Assembly: GCA_964372085.1 (NCBI GenBank)
Contig: CAYJPQ010000009.1
Span: 12,415 to 76,414 of the forward strand
Direction of reading: 5' to 3'
DNA length: 64,000 nucleotides
From: an uncultured Bifidobacteriaceae bacterium
GTDB lineage: Bacteria > Acidobacteriota > Vicinamibacteria > Vicinamibacterales > UBA2999
Position 1 is the stretch's first letter. Each line of letters opens with the position of its first letter. Shown piece by piece: positions 25,570-34,664 of this stretch. The notes under the pieces were generated by a model. It was not told the origin of the DNA. It saw only the letters and a list, made by a program, of their open reading frames with translations, and did no database searches. Position numbers and translations under genes: made by a program.

Positions 25570-26918
25570 GCGTCCCCGTCGACGACCTGATGCGCCGGTT
25601 GAGCGCCGCCGTGCGGGCCGCCGAGCTCTATGCCCCCACCCACCCGCTGGTGCAGCGCTCCGCCGCCGCGCTGCACGCCGTGCTCGCGCCCGCCCTGGCC
25701 GACGCGCCCACGGTCATCGTCGGCTTCCTCGAGGACGACGTCGTCGTCAACGACTTCCGGTTGCCGCGGGGCTCGGCCACCCTGGCCGGCCTGCTGCGCG
25801 ACATGCGCGATCGTAAGATCGAGAAGATCACCTTCGCGAGAGGCGTGGAGGTGGCCGACATCCGCGCGCTGATGGATGAACTGGCCGATCGCACGTCGCG
25901 CACGGCCGTGGGCGACCGCCTCACGGCGCGCGGCGTCCGCCGCATCGCCGTGGGCAAGGTCGCCGTCGAGGAGGAAGACGACCAGGAAGTCGGGCTCGCC
26001 GCCGCCCGGCAGCTCTACACCAAGGCCGTGTCGAACGCCGAGACGATCTGGGCCGCCGCCAAGGCCGGCGACACCCCCGACCCGGCCGAGGCGCGCGGCA
26101 TCATCGACAGCCTCTCGCGCCTCGTCTACCAGGACCGCACGTCGCTGCTCGCGCTCACGGCGCTCAAGCGGCACGACAACTACACCTTCACCCACATGGT
26201 GAACGTCGCGGCCCTGTCGATGGCCATGGCCCGCTCGCTCGACCTCGAGGGGCCCATGCTGCGCGAGTTCGGCTTCGCCGCGCTGATGCACGACATCGGC
26301 AAGGTGCAGACGCCGCTCGAGATCCTCAACAAGCCCGACAAGCTCACCACCGAAGAGTTCACGCTGATGAAGCGCCACGTCATCGACGGCGCGCACATCC
26401 TGCGGCGCACCCCGGAAACGCCGGCGCTGGCGCCGGTGGTGGCCTTCGAGCACCACCTGAAGCAGGACCTGAGCGGCTACCCCGAGAACATCGGCTCGCG
26501 GACGCTCAACCTCTGCACGATGGTCGTGAGCGTGGTGGACGTGTTCGACGCGCTGCGCAGCAACCGCGCCTACCGCGAGGGCCTGGCCACCGACCGCATC
26601 AAGCACATCATGAGCCAGCAGGACGGCACGGCCTTCAACCGCTCGCTGCTCCGCCGCTTCGTCAACCTGATGGGGCTGTTCCCCATCGGCACGCTGGTGC
26701 GCCTCAACACCGAGGAGGTCGGCGTCGTCACGCAGACCCACCCGGAGGATCCGTTCCGGCCGCAGGTCAAGCTGGTGATCGACGCCAGGGGCGACCGCTA
26801 CGAGACGCCCCTGCTCACCAACACCTGGGACCGCGACGACCGCGGCGCCTTCCCCCGCGCGGTCGTCGAGGCGGTGGATGGCCCCGCGGTAGGCATCGAC
26901 CCGCTGGCCTACCTATAA
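25566..26918 (+). CDS. HD-GYP domain phosphodiesterase (HD-GYP-A)
   Basis: HMVNV...LMHDIGK...HHLKQDLSGYP...DVFDALRSNRAYR. The ATG overlaps the HEAT-A stop (ATGA). N-terminus has ELYAPTHPLV. Confidence 0.85.
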   Translation: MSVPVDDLMRRLSAAVRAAELYAPTHPLVQRSAAALHAVLAPALADAPTVIVGFLEDDVVVNDFRLPRGSATLAGLLRDMRDRKIEKITFARGVEVADIRALMDELADRTSRTAVGDRLTARGVRRIAVGKVAVEEEDDQEVGLAAARQLYTKAVSNAETIWAAAKAGDTPDPAEARGIIDSLSRLVYQDRTSLLALTALKRHDNYTFTHMVNVAALSMAMARSLDLEGPMLREFGFAALMHDIGKVQTPLEILNKPDKLTTEEFTLMKRHVIDGAHILRRTPETPALAPVVAFEHHLKQDLSGYPENIGSRTLNLCTMVVSVVDVFDALRSNRAYREGLATDRIKHIMSQQDGTAFNRSLLRRFVNLMGLFPIGTLVRLNTEEVGVVTQTHPEDPFRPQVKLVIDARGDRYETPLLTNTWDRDDRGAFPRAVVEAVDGPAVGIDPLAYL

Positions 26919-26919
26919 T
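26914..26919 (+). promoter_or_regulatory. TATAAT hexamer spanning the HD-GYP-A stop codon, 17 nt before the HEAT-B ATG (possible internal -10 box)
   Basis: Read directly (CCTATAATCTGG). The same TATAATCT octamer occurs at 35712. No convincing -35. Confidence 0.3.
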
Positions 26920-26936
26920 CTGGACAGACTATCCGG

Positions 26937-29195
26937 ATGCCTCCCCCCCCGGCCCCCGACACGCTGCCGCCCGACGTTGCCGCCAAGATGGCCGAGTTCT
27001 CCCGGGCCTGCAAGGCCGCCACGCGAATCGTGTCGCTCTACCCGGCCAGCCACCCGGCCATCCAGTCGGCCCTCTCCCGCATTGTCGAGGCCGGCCGCCA
27101 GGTGGTGGCCAACGGCCCGTGCGTGATCGCGGTGCTGCCCGACAACCTGCTGATTGGCGGCCAGAGCGCGGCCAAGGCCGACCAGTCGGTGGGCGAGCTC
27201 GCCCAGTTGCTGCACCGCCAACAGATCGCCGGCATCACCCTGCAGGACACGCTCGATGCCGCGGGCTGGCACCGGTTCCTGTCGCTGCTGGCCCGCGCGC
27301 CGGCCGAGACGCGGCTGGCCGGCGGCGTGGCCAAGGCGTGGGCCGAAAGCGGCGGCGGCCCGGTGGAAGTGACCGAGATCGACTACGCGGAGGTGCTGCG
27401 CGAGGGCACCGGGTCGGGCGACGGCGCATCGTGGGACCGCATCGTGGCCGACTGGCTGGAAGAGGGCTCGGCCGAGGGCGCGGACCGCGACCTGGCGTCG
27501 GTGCTCGAGATTGCCGGCGACCCCGCCCGCATCGCGGAACTGGCCGCCAAGCTCCAGGAGCGCGCGGGCGGTTCGGGCGAGAGCGGCGAGCTCGAGCGGG
27601 GCTCCATGGTCCGGGCCCTGCATGGCCTGGCCAACTACGCCGCGCAGCAATCGGCCGGCACCCTCGATGCCACGATGGAGCGCATGGCCGGCGCCGCCAT
27701 GCAGTTGTCGCCCGACGTGCTGTTCGCGCTGCTCACCGACCCTCCGCCCCTGTCGGCGGCCCAGTCCGATCAACCCCGCGTGGACGTGGCCGGCGAGCTG
27801 CAGCGGCACCTCAGCGACGAGGCCATCGGCCACTACGTCGCCGACAACGTCGTGAAGGACCGCGGCGCCACCACCCGCCTCGCCACCGCCTTCCATACCC
27901 TCGTGCCCGACCCGGCGCGCCGGCAGGAAGTGCTGGCCCTGGCCCGGCGCGACGCCGAGCGGTCGGCGCTCGGCTCGGATCCGCAATTCGAGAACGTGTG
28001 GACGAACTCGATGAACCTGCTGACGTCGTACTCGGACAAGCAGTACGTGTCCGACGATTACGCGCGGGAACTGACCGAGGCCCGCGCGCAGGCCGTGGCG
28101 GTGGAGCGCATCGGCGACCTGCCCCCGGCCCGGCTCCGCGCCTGGATGTCCACGGTCAGCGAGCCGGCCATCCGCGCGCTCGACCAGCGGGTGCTGCTCG
28201 ACCTGCTGGCCATCGAGCAGCGGCCCGACGCGTGGGCCGGCGTGCTCGACGGGGCGGGCCCGGCCATCGAGCGGCTGGTCGCCGCCGGCGACCTGTCGCT
28301 GGCCCGCGAACTGCTGGACGCGGTGGTGGCGGCCGCCCAAGGCGACCACCAGCAGCAGGGAGAGGCGACCATCGCGCGGCTGGCGGCCGGCCCGTTCGTG
28401 AAACAGCTTGCGGTGATGCTCCGGCGGATTTCCGATGCCGAGGCCGAAGTTGCCAACGCCATGTGCCGCACGATTGGCCCGGCCCTGGTCAAGCCCCTCG
28501 CCGATGCGCTGGCGGTCGAAGACAACGCCCGTGTGCTGCGCCGGCTGCGCGACGTGTTGATCAGTTTCGGCCAGGCGGCCAGGACCTACGCCGACGAGCT
28601 GCGCTCCTCGGCCAACCCGGCGGTGCGGCGGGCGGCCATCGACCTGTTGCGGGCGCTCGGGGGCCACGACGCGCTCCCCGACCTGCGCGGGATGCTCGAC
28701 GACGCCGATTCGCAGGTGCAGCGTGAGGCCCTGCGCGCCATCGTGCAGATCGGCACCGACGAGGCCTTCCACCTGCTCCAGGGCGCGCTCGAGACCGGGT
28801 CGCCGCGCATGCGCGAGGCCATCATCCAGACGCTCGGCTCGCTCCGCGACGAGCGCGCCGCGCCGTTGTTCGTCCACATCCTCGAGCACTCGAGCTACAC
28901 CGGCGCCTTCGAGGCGCTGTACCTGTCGACCATCGAGGCGCTGGGCCGCGTGGGCGGCGGCGAATCCTCGGCGTCGACGCTCGGCGCGATCCTCCACCGC
29001 GGCCAGTGGTGGGCGCCCGGCCGCACCACGCGGTTGCGCACCGCCGCCGCCCGGGCGCTCCGGGCGTTTGGCACGCCGGCGGCCGACCGCGTGCTCCAGG
29101 AGGCCGCGGCCTCCGGCCCGTCGGCCGTCAGGCGCGTGGCGAAGGCCGCCCTCGCCGAAGCCCCGCCACGCCTGCCCACATCGAGGACGGTCTAG
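26937..29195 (+). CDS. Large HEAT/PBS-lyase-like repeat protein (HEAT-B), paralogue of HEAT-A
   Basis: 752 aa. N-terminus has SLYPASHPAI. C-terminal HEAT-like repeats (NPAVRRAAIDLLRALGGHDALPDLRGMLDDADSQVQREALRAIVQIG). Confidence 0.75.
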   Translation: MPPPPAPDTLPPDVAAKMAEFSRACKAATRIVSLYPASHPAIQSALSRIVEAGRQVVANGPCVIAVLPDNLLIGGQSAAKADQSVGELAQLLHRQQIAGITLQDTLDAAGWHRFLSLLARAPAETRLAGGVAKAWAESGGGPVEVTEIDYAEVLREGTGSGDGASWDRIVADWLEEGSAEGADRDLASVLEIAGDPARIAELAAKLQERAGGSGESGELERGSMVRALHGLANYAAQQSAGTLDATMERMAGAAMQLSPDVLFALLTDPPPLSAAQSDQPRVDVAGELQRHLSDEAIGHYVADNVVKDRGATTRLATAFHTLVPDPARRQEVLALARRDAERSALGSDPQFENVWTNSMNLLTSYSDKQYVSDDYARELTEARAQAVAVERIGDLPPARLRAWMSTVSEPAIRALDQRVLLDLLAIEQRPDAWAGVLDGAGPAIERLVAAGDLSLARELLDAVVAAAQGDHQQQGEATIARLAAGPFVKQLAVMLRRISDAEAEVANAMCRTIGPALVKPLADALAVEDNARVLRRLRDVLISFGQAARTYADELRSSANPAVRRAAIDLLRALGGHDALPDLRGMLDDADSQVQREALRAIVQIGTDEAFHLLQGALETGSPRMREAIIQTLGSLRDERAAPLFVHILEHSSYTGAFEALYLSTIEALGRVGGGESSASTLGAILHRGQWWAPGRTTRLRTAAARALRAFGTPAADRVLQEAAASGPSAVRRVAKAALAEAPPRLPTSRTV

Positions 29196-30589
29196 TGGAT
29201 CAGGCCGATCGGTTTCGCGCATCGGATGAGTTCGTGCGGCGGCTGGGCGGCGCCCTTCGCGGGGCGCAGCTGTACGCGCCCACCCACCCGGTGGTGCGGC
29301 AGTCGCTCGACGCGCTGTCCGCCGCGCTCGACGTGCTGCTCAACGACCAACCGTCGCTGGCCGTGGGGATGCTCGAGGAGGAACTGATCGTCGGCGACCT
29401 GCCGATGCCCAAGGCCACCGAGTCGATGGTGGAGACCATCCGCCGCCTGAAGGCACTGGGCATCGAGCGCATCGCCTTCGAGCGGGGGGTGGAGCCCGAG
29501 GAACTGGCCACCTTCGTGTTCACGCTGTCCCACCCCGAGCGGCGGCCGGGCCAGGCGGCCCCCGGCGCGGAGCCGGCCGATCCGAACGCGACGCTGGCCG
29601 CGCTGCCGCACATTCGCGTCGGCCGCATCCACACCGAGCAGCGCGTGGAGGCCGCCACGGCCGACATGGGGATGATCCGGCGCATGTACACCGAGGCGTC
29701 GGCGATCGCCCAGAAGGTGTGGGACAGCGCCCAGGCCGAGGGCATTCCCGACCCGCGCGCCGCGCGGGCCGTGATCGACCAGCTGGCCCAGGCCGTATCG
29801 CAGAACCGCACGGCCCTCATCGCCCTCACCGCCCTCAAGGAGTACGACAACTACACGTTCACGCACATGGTGAACGTGTCGATTCTCACGCTGGCGCAGG
29901 CGCGCGGGCTCGGCGTGGACGGGACGCAGCTCCGCGAGTTCGGCCTGGCGGCCCTGATGCACGACATCGGCAAGATCCGGACGCCGGCCGAGATCCTGAA
30001 CAAGCCCGACAAGCTCACCGACGACGAGTTCACAATCATGCGCATGCACGTGGTGGACGGCGCCGAAATCCTGCGCCGCACGCCCGAGATGCCGGCCATC
30101 GCGCCGGTGGTGGCCTTCGAGCACCACCTGCGGCTCGACGGCACCGGCTATCCGTTCAAGGTGAGCCGCACCGGCCTGAACGTGGTCACCATGATTTGCG
30201 GCATCGCCGACGTCTACGACGCGATGCGGTCGCAGCGCGCCTACCAGCAGGCCTTCCCTTCGGATCGCATCCTCGCGGTGCTGAGGCGCAGCGACGGCCA
30301 GCAGTTCGACCAGCAACTGGTGCGGCGCTTCACCCAGTTGCTCGGCATCTACCCGCCGGGGACGCTGGTGCGCCTCGACACCGGCGCCGTCGGCGTCGTC
30401 ATCGCCGCGCACGCGCCCGATCCGTATCGGCCGCGCGTCAAGGTGGTGATCGCGCCCGGCGGGGCGCGGCTGGCGCTGCCGGTCGAGGTCAACCTGTGGG
30501 AGGCCGACGCCGCATCGGGCGGCCCGCAGTCGGTGCAGGCGCCGCTCGATCCGGCCGAGCACGGCATCGATCCCCTCGGCTATCTCTGA
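29195..30589 (+). CDS. HD-GYP domain phosphodiesterase (HD-GYP-B), paralogue of HD-GYP-A
   Basis: GTG 29195 overlaps the HEAT-B TAG by 1 nt. QLYAPTHPVV at the N-terminus. LMHDIGK...HHLRLDGTGYP. The track ORF start at 29006 is an upstream extension inside HEAT-B. Confidence 0.8.
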   Translation: MDQADRFRASDEFVRRLGGALRGAQLYAPTHPVVRQSLDALSAALDVLLNDQPSLAVGMLEEELIVGDLPMPKATESMVETIRRLKALGIERIAFERGVEPEELATFVFTLSHPERRPGQAAPGAEPADPNATLAALPHIRVGRIHTEQRVEAATADMGMIRRMYTEASAIAQKVWDSAQAEGIPDPRAARAVIDQLAQAVSQNRTALIALTALKEYDNYTFTHMVNVSILTLAQARGLGVDGTQLREFGLAALMHDIGKIRTPAEILNKPDKLTDDEFTIMRMHVVDGAEILRRTPEMPAIAPVVAFEHHLRLDGTGYPFKVSRTGLNVVTMICGIADVYDAMRSQRAYQQAFPSDRILAVLRRSDGQQFDQQLVRRFTQLLGIYPPGTLVRLDTGAVGVVIAAHAPDPYRPRVKVVIAPGGARLALPVEVNLWEADAASGGPQSVQAPLDPAEHGIDPLGYL

Positions 30590-30622
30590 CGGCCCGCCGT
30601 CCCCCTCGCGGTAACATGGGGC

Positions 30623-32140
30623 ATGCGTGTTCCCAGCCTGGGCCCCGCCGCCCGCCTCGTCGGCCTCGTGGCCGTCGTGATCGGCGGGCTGGCCACCGTG
30701 TCTGGCGGCGCCCAATCCGCCATCTTCGCCGGCGCCGCACGGCTCATCGTCCAGGACACGGCGCTGCCGGCCATCGACCGCGGCCTGCGCGCGCAGGATC
30801 CGCCGCGCGACCCCAACACGCGCACCGCGCCGCGCCTGGGCCGCGCGGACCGGGCGGCCGGCGCGCCCTACCTCTCCGGCTCGGTGATCGTGAAGTTCAA
30901 GGGGGACGCGGCCTTCGACCTCCTCGACATCCCGGCCGGCGCCGATGCCGAGGCCGCCTCCGCGGCGTGGCGCGCGCGCCCCGACGTGGAATACGCGCAG
31001 CCGCGGTACCTGAACCACGCGATGTCGCGGCCCAACGACCCGCTGTACCAGCACCAGTGGAACTTCCCGGCCCTCGACATGGAGCGCGCCTGGGACATCC
31101 AGCCGGGTGCGACCGCCGACATCATCGTGGCCGTGCTCGACAGCGGCCTCGCCTTCTACTCGGGCACCATCCGCTACAACTCGCGTTTCGCGTTCCGTCT
31201 TGCGTCCGGTGGCCCTGTCTATCCGGCCCTGGGCCTGGTGGACGTGCCGTTTGCGGCCGCGCCCGAACTGGGCCCCTCGGGATCGAGCCGGTTCGTCTCG
31301 CCGCGCGACTTCATCTGGGACGACACGCTGCCGGTTGACCTCGACGGCCACGGCACGCACGTGGCCGGCACCGTGGGCCAGCTCACCAACAACAACCTCG
31401 GCGTGGCCGGCATGGCTTACAACGTTCGCATCATGCCCGTGAAGATCATCCAGGGGCTCTGGGACGAGATCTTTTCCAGTCCCAACGAGGGCACCGACGA
31501 CGTGGTGGCGCGCGGCCTCCGGTACGCGGCCGACAACGGCGCCAAGGTGATCAACATGAGCATCGGCCGCACCGAGGGCGGCCCGGCGCCCGCGGTGACC
31601 GAGGCCATCCGCTACGCCGTGGGGAGGGGCGCGTTCGTGGCGCTGGCCTCGGGCAACAGCCGCGAGCAGGGCAACGCGCCGAACCGGCTCGCCGAGGCCG
31701 CAGCCGACATCGACGGCGCCGTCGCGGTAGCGGCCGTGGGACGCACCCTCGAGGCGGCCTACTACTCCACGACGGGCGCCGCCGTGGAGATCGCCGCCCC
31801 CGGCGGCGACCAGCGGCAAGGCGGCAACGTGGCCGGCATCCTGCAGCAGACGCTGGACCAGGACCTGCTCGAAACCTACAACCGACCGACGTCGCAGTAC
31901 GGCCCGCCGCGCGCCGATTCGTTTGCCTACTACTACCTCCAGGGCACGTCGATGGCCACGCCGCACGTGTCGGGATTCGCCGCGCTGCTGATGCAGCAGG
32001 GCATCACGAGCCCGGCGGCCATCGAGGCGGCGATGAAGGCGTTTGCCACCGACAAGGGCGCCGCAGGCCGGGACGACGTGTACGGCTACGGCCTCATCAA
32101 CCCTCGCGCCACCCTGCGGGGCCTGGGCCTGGCCCGCTAG
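30623..32140 (+). CDS. Secreted S8 (subtilisin-like) serine peptidase
   Basis: Triad motifs VAVLDSG (Asp), HGTHVAGT (His) and GTSMATPHVSG (Ser). N-terminal signal-like segment. Confidence 0.85.
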   Translation: MRVPSLGPAARLVGLVAVVIGGLATVSGGAQSAIFAGAARLIVQDTALPAIDRGLRAQDPPRDPNTRTAPRLGRADRAAGAPYLSGSVIVKFKGDAAFDLLDIPAGADAEAASAAWRARPDVEYAQPRYLNHAMSRPNDPLYQHQWNFPALDMERAWDIQPGATADIIVAVLDSGLAFYSGTIRYNSRFAFRLASGGPVYPALGLVDVPFAAAPELGPSGSSRFVSPRDFIWDDTLPVDLDGHGTHVAGTVGQLTNNNLGVAGMAYNVRIMPVKIIQGLWDEIFSSPNEGTDDVVARGLRYAADNGAKVINMSIGRTEGGPAPAVTEAIRYAVGRGAFVALASGNSREQGNAPNRLAEAAADIDGAVAVAAVGRTLEAAYYSTTGAAVEIAAPGGDQRQGGNVAGILQQTLDQDLLETYNRPTSQYGPPRADSFAYYYLQGTSMATPHVSGFAALLMQQGITSPAAIEAAMKAFATDKGAAGRDDVYGYGLINPRATLRGLGLAR

Positions 32141-32320
32141 GGCCACGGATGAAATACACAGGGCCACAGATGAAACACAGATGAGACAGACACACCACCC
32201 TCACGGAGCGACCCGTGTTCGCCTGGGCCTGGCCCGTCAGGGCCACGGATGAAATACACAGGGCCACAGATGAAACACAGATGACGCAGACACACCGTCC
32301 TCAGGGCGCGACCCGTGTTC
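32121..32320 (+). repeat. Tandem duplication, 2 x 100 bp
   Basis: 32121-32220 versus 32221-32320 differ at 8 positions by manual alignment. Copy 1 carries the S8 stop codon. Each copy carries an ATG (32181 and 32281). Confidence 0.9.
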
Positions 32321-32958
32321 GCCTCGGCCGCGCGGCCGCGCTGGCCGCACTGATCCTGGTGGCCGCCGCGCCTCGCGCCGCCGCCCAGGCGGACGGCCTG
32401 CACATCGGTGGATACGCCATGGTCGGCAGCATGAGCTTCGCGGCCACGGAGAGCTTTGACGCGGTGCTCGGCACGTCAAGCGGCACCGTGTTCGGCGGAG
32501 GCGCCACGGTGGGACTGCCGTGGGGCGGCCTGTTCTTCAGCGTGGGCGCTTCGCGCTTCTCCGCGGAGGGAGAGCGGGCGCTGTGGCTCGACGGCCAGGT
32601 GTATCCGCTGGGCATCCCGCTGACGGTGAAGGTCACGCCGGTCGAGGTGACCGGCGGCTGGCAGTTCCGCGGCCTCTCGCGCCGGTTCGTCCCCTATGTG
32701 GGCGGGGGCTTCAGTTCGTACGCCTACCAGGAATCGTCCTCGTTTGCGGCCACGGGCGAAGACGTGGACGAGCGCTTCTCCGGCTATCACGTGCTGGGCG
32801 GAGCCGAGTTCAAGGTGGCCAGCTGGCTGGGCGTGGCGGGCGAATTCGCCTGGACCACCGTGCCCGACGCGCTCGGCGCCGGGGGCGTGTCGGAGGCCTT
32901 CGACGAAACCGACCTGGGCGGCACCAGCCTCCGCCTGAAGGTCACAATCGGGCGGTGA
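32281..32958 (+). CDS. Small outer-membrane beta-barrel-like protein
   Basis: Signal peptide ending AAPRAAAQ. Alternating beta-strand-like pattern, about 225 aa. Start assigned to ATG 32281 in repeat copy 2. Confidence 0.55.
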   Translation: MTQTHRPQGATRVRLGRAAALAALILVAAAPRAAAQADGLHIGGYAMVGSMSFAATESFDAVLGTSSGTVFGGGATVGLPWGGLFFSVGASRFSAEGERALWLDGQVYPLGIPLTVKVTPVEVTGGWQFRGLSRRFVPYVGGGFSSYAYQESSSFAATGEDVDERFSGYHVLGGAEFKVASWLGVAGEFAWTTVPDALGAGGVSEAFDETDLGGTSLRLKVTIGR

Positions 32959-33263
32959 CCACCCCGGGGGTGTTCGAGCGGCGGGTGCTGTCGATCGTGG
33001 CGCGCATCCCGGTGGGGCGGGTGACGACCTACGGCGACGTGGCCCGGCTGGCCGGCCGGCCGCGAGCCGCCCGGGCGGTCGGCACCATCCTCCGGAATGC
33101 CCGGCGCCCGGGGTTGCCCTATCACCGGGTCATCGCCGCCGGCGGTGCGCTGGGCGGCTATTCCAGCCTGCCGCTCAAGCGGGCCCTGCTGGCCGCCGAG
33201 GGCCTGGTCGTCTCCCGCACCCGTGTGACAGGATTTGCCCTAATTCGCTGGACAGGCAAATAG
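32955..33263 (+). CDS. MGMT-family DNA-binding protein, alkyltransferase-like (ATL) type
   Basis: IPVGRVTTYGDVA...PYHRVI matches the MGMT C-terminal domain, but the acceptor Cys of PCHR is Tyr. GTG 32955 overlaps the upstream stop (GTGA). Confidence 0.7.
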   Translation: MTTPGVFERRVLSIVARIPVGRVTTYGDVARLAGRPRAARAVGTILRNARRPGLPYHRVIAAGGALGGYSSLPLKRALLAAEGLVVSRTRVTGFALIRWTGK

Positions 33264-33330
33264 ATCCGAACTGGAAGGACCCCTGGCACGTCTGTTTGAG
33301 GCGTGGCCGCTCACATCAACCCTGCCCACC

Positions 33331-33951
33331 ATGGTCCCGTCTAACTCACCAGGGAACGTGAACAGCACCGACCTGGAGCTGGTCGGGCGCATTCGAGCTG
33401 GAGACGCGGGGGCCTTCGAGGCCCTGTACCGGCAGCATGCGACACGGCTCTACAATCTGGCGAGCCGGATGGCCGGCCCGCACGCCGATGCCGACGACCT
33501 GCTGCAGGACATCTTCCTGATCGCCCACCGGAAGCTGGGCAGCTTCCGTGGCGAGTCGTCGCTCGGGACGTGGCTCTACCGGCTGGCGATGAACCACTGC
33601 CTCGACGTGTTGCGCAGCCGGCAGACGCGCATGGGGCAGCAGACCGACTCGTTGGACGAGCCCGACGCGATGCCGGTGGCATCGCCCGGGCCCGGCCTGG
33701 GGGCGGTGAGTCGCATCGACCTCGAGCGGGCCATCGAGACCCTGCCCCCGGCCTGCCGGGCGGCATTCCTCCTGCACGACGTGGAGGGATTCGGCCACCA
33801 CGAGGTGGGGGCCATGTTGGGCGTGTCCGAGGGCACGTCGAAGTCGCAGGTGCACAAGGCGCGCCTGCGCATCAGGGAATACCTGGCGCACGGACCGACG
33901 ACGGGCGCGCGGCGGGACATACGATTGGCGAAGAGCAGCAATGCGATGTGA
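33331..33951 (+). CDS. ECF-type RNA polymerase sigma factor
   Basis: Region 2 (DLLQDIFLIAHRKLGSFRGESSLGTWLYRLAMNHCLD) and region 4 (EVGAMLGVSEGTSKSQVHKARLRI). Confidence 0.85.
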   Translation: MVPSNSPGNVNSTDLELVGRIRAGDAGAFEALYRQHATRLYNLASRMAGPHADADDLLQDIFLIAHRKLGSFRGESSLGTWLYRLAMNHCLDVLRSRQTRMGQQTDSLDEPDAMPVASPGPGLGAVSRIDLERAIETLPPACRAAFLLHDVEGFGHHEVGAMLGVSEGTSKSQVHKARLRIREYLAHGPTTGARRDIRLAKSSNAM

Positions 33952-34657
33952 CGAACTCTCCACCGCCCTCGTCGACCTGGTCGACGGGCGTCTCGACCCC
34001 GCGCGCCAGCGCGAGGCCGAGCGGCACCTGGAGGCCTGCGCCGGCTGCCGCGCCCTCGTCGACGACCTGCGGACCATCCGGACCGCGGCGTTCACGCTCA
34101 ATCGCCGCGAGCCCCCCGCCGAGGTGTGGGCGTCGCTCAGCCGCGCCCTCGCCATGGAGCCGCCGTCCGGTGGCCGCCCCGCCGCCGGCCGGCCCAACTG
34201 GACGGCCTGGATGGCAGCGGCCGCCGTGTTGGTGCTGGCGACGGCCGTCGGTCTCTGGCCGTTGCTGCGCCGCACCGAGACGCCGGCCGGGAACGCCGTG
34301 CCGGCCGTTGCCGAGGCCCCCTCGGTGGAATCGGTGGCCGCCGAGTTCGAAGCCGCCGAGCAGCACTACCAGAAGGCCATCGCCGACCTGGAAACCATCG
34401 CGCGGCAGGATACCGGCGAGCTCGACCCCCAGGTGGCCGCTGTGCTGCAAAAGAACCTGACGGTCATCGACCAGGCCATTTCCGAAAGCCGCACCGCCCT
34501 GCAGTCGCAGCCCGCCAGCAGTAACGCCCAGGAGGGGTTGTTCGAGGCCCTTCGCACCAAGGTGGCGCTGCTGCAGCAGACCGTCGAGTTGATCAACGAA
34601 ATGCGGCAAGGCAATCAGGCCGAAGCCGCCAGGAAGTTCCAGACCCTGTCGCAGTAG
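33941..34657 (+). CDS. Anti-sigma factor (zf-HC2 type, single-pass membrane)
   Basis: H-x3-C-x2-C motif (HLEACAGC), a central TM helix (WMAAAAVLVLATAVGLW) and an 11-nt overlap with the sigma gene. Confidence 0.75.
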   Translation: MRCDELSTALVDLVDGRLDPARQREAERHLEACAGCRALVDDLRTIRTAAFTLNRREPPAEVWASLSRALAMEPPSGGRPAAGRPNWTAWMAAAAVLVLATAVGLWPLLRRTETPAGNAVPAVAEAPSVESVAAEFEAAEQHYQKAIADLETIARQDTGELDPQVAAVLQKNLTVIDQAISESRTALQSQPASSNAQEGLFEALRTKVALLQQTVELINEMRQGNQAEAARKFQTLSQ

Positions 34658-34664
34658 CCGACTT

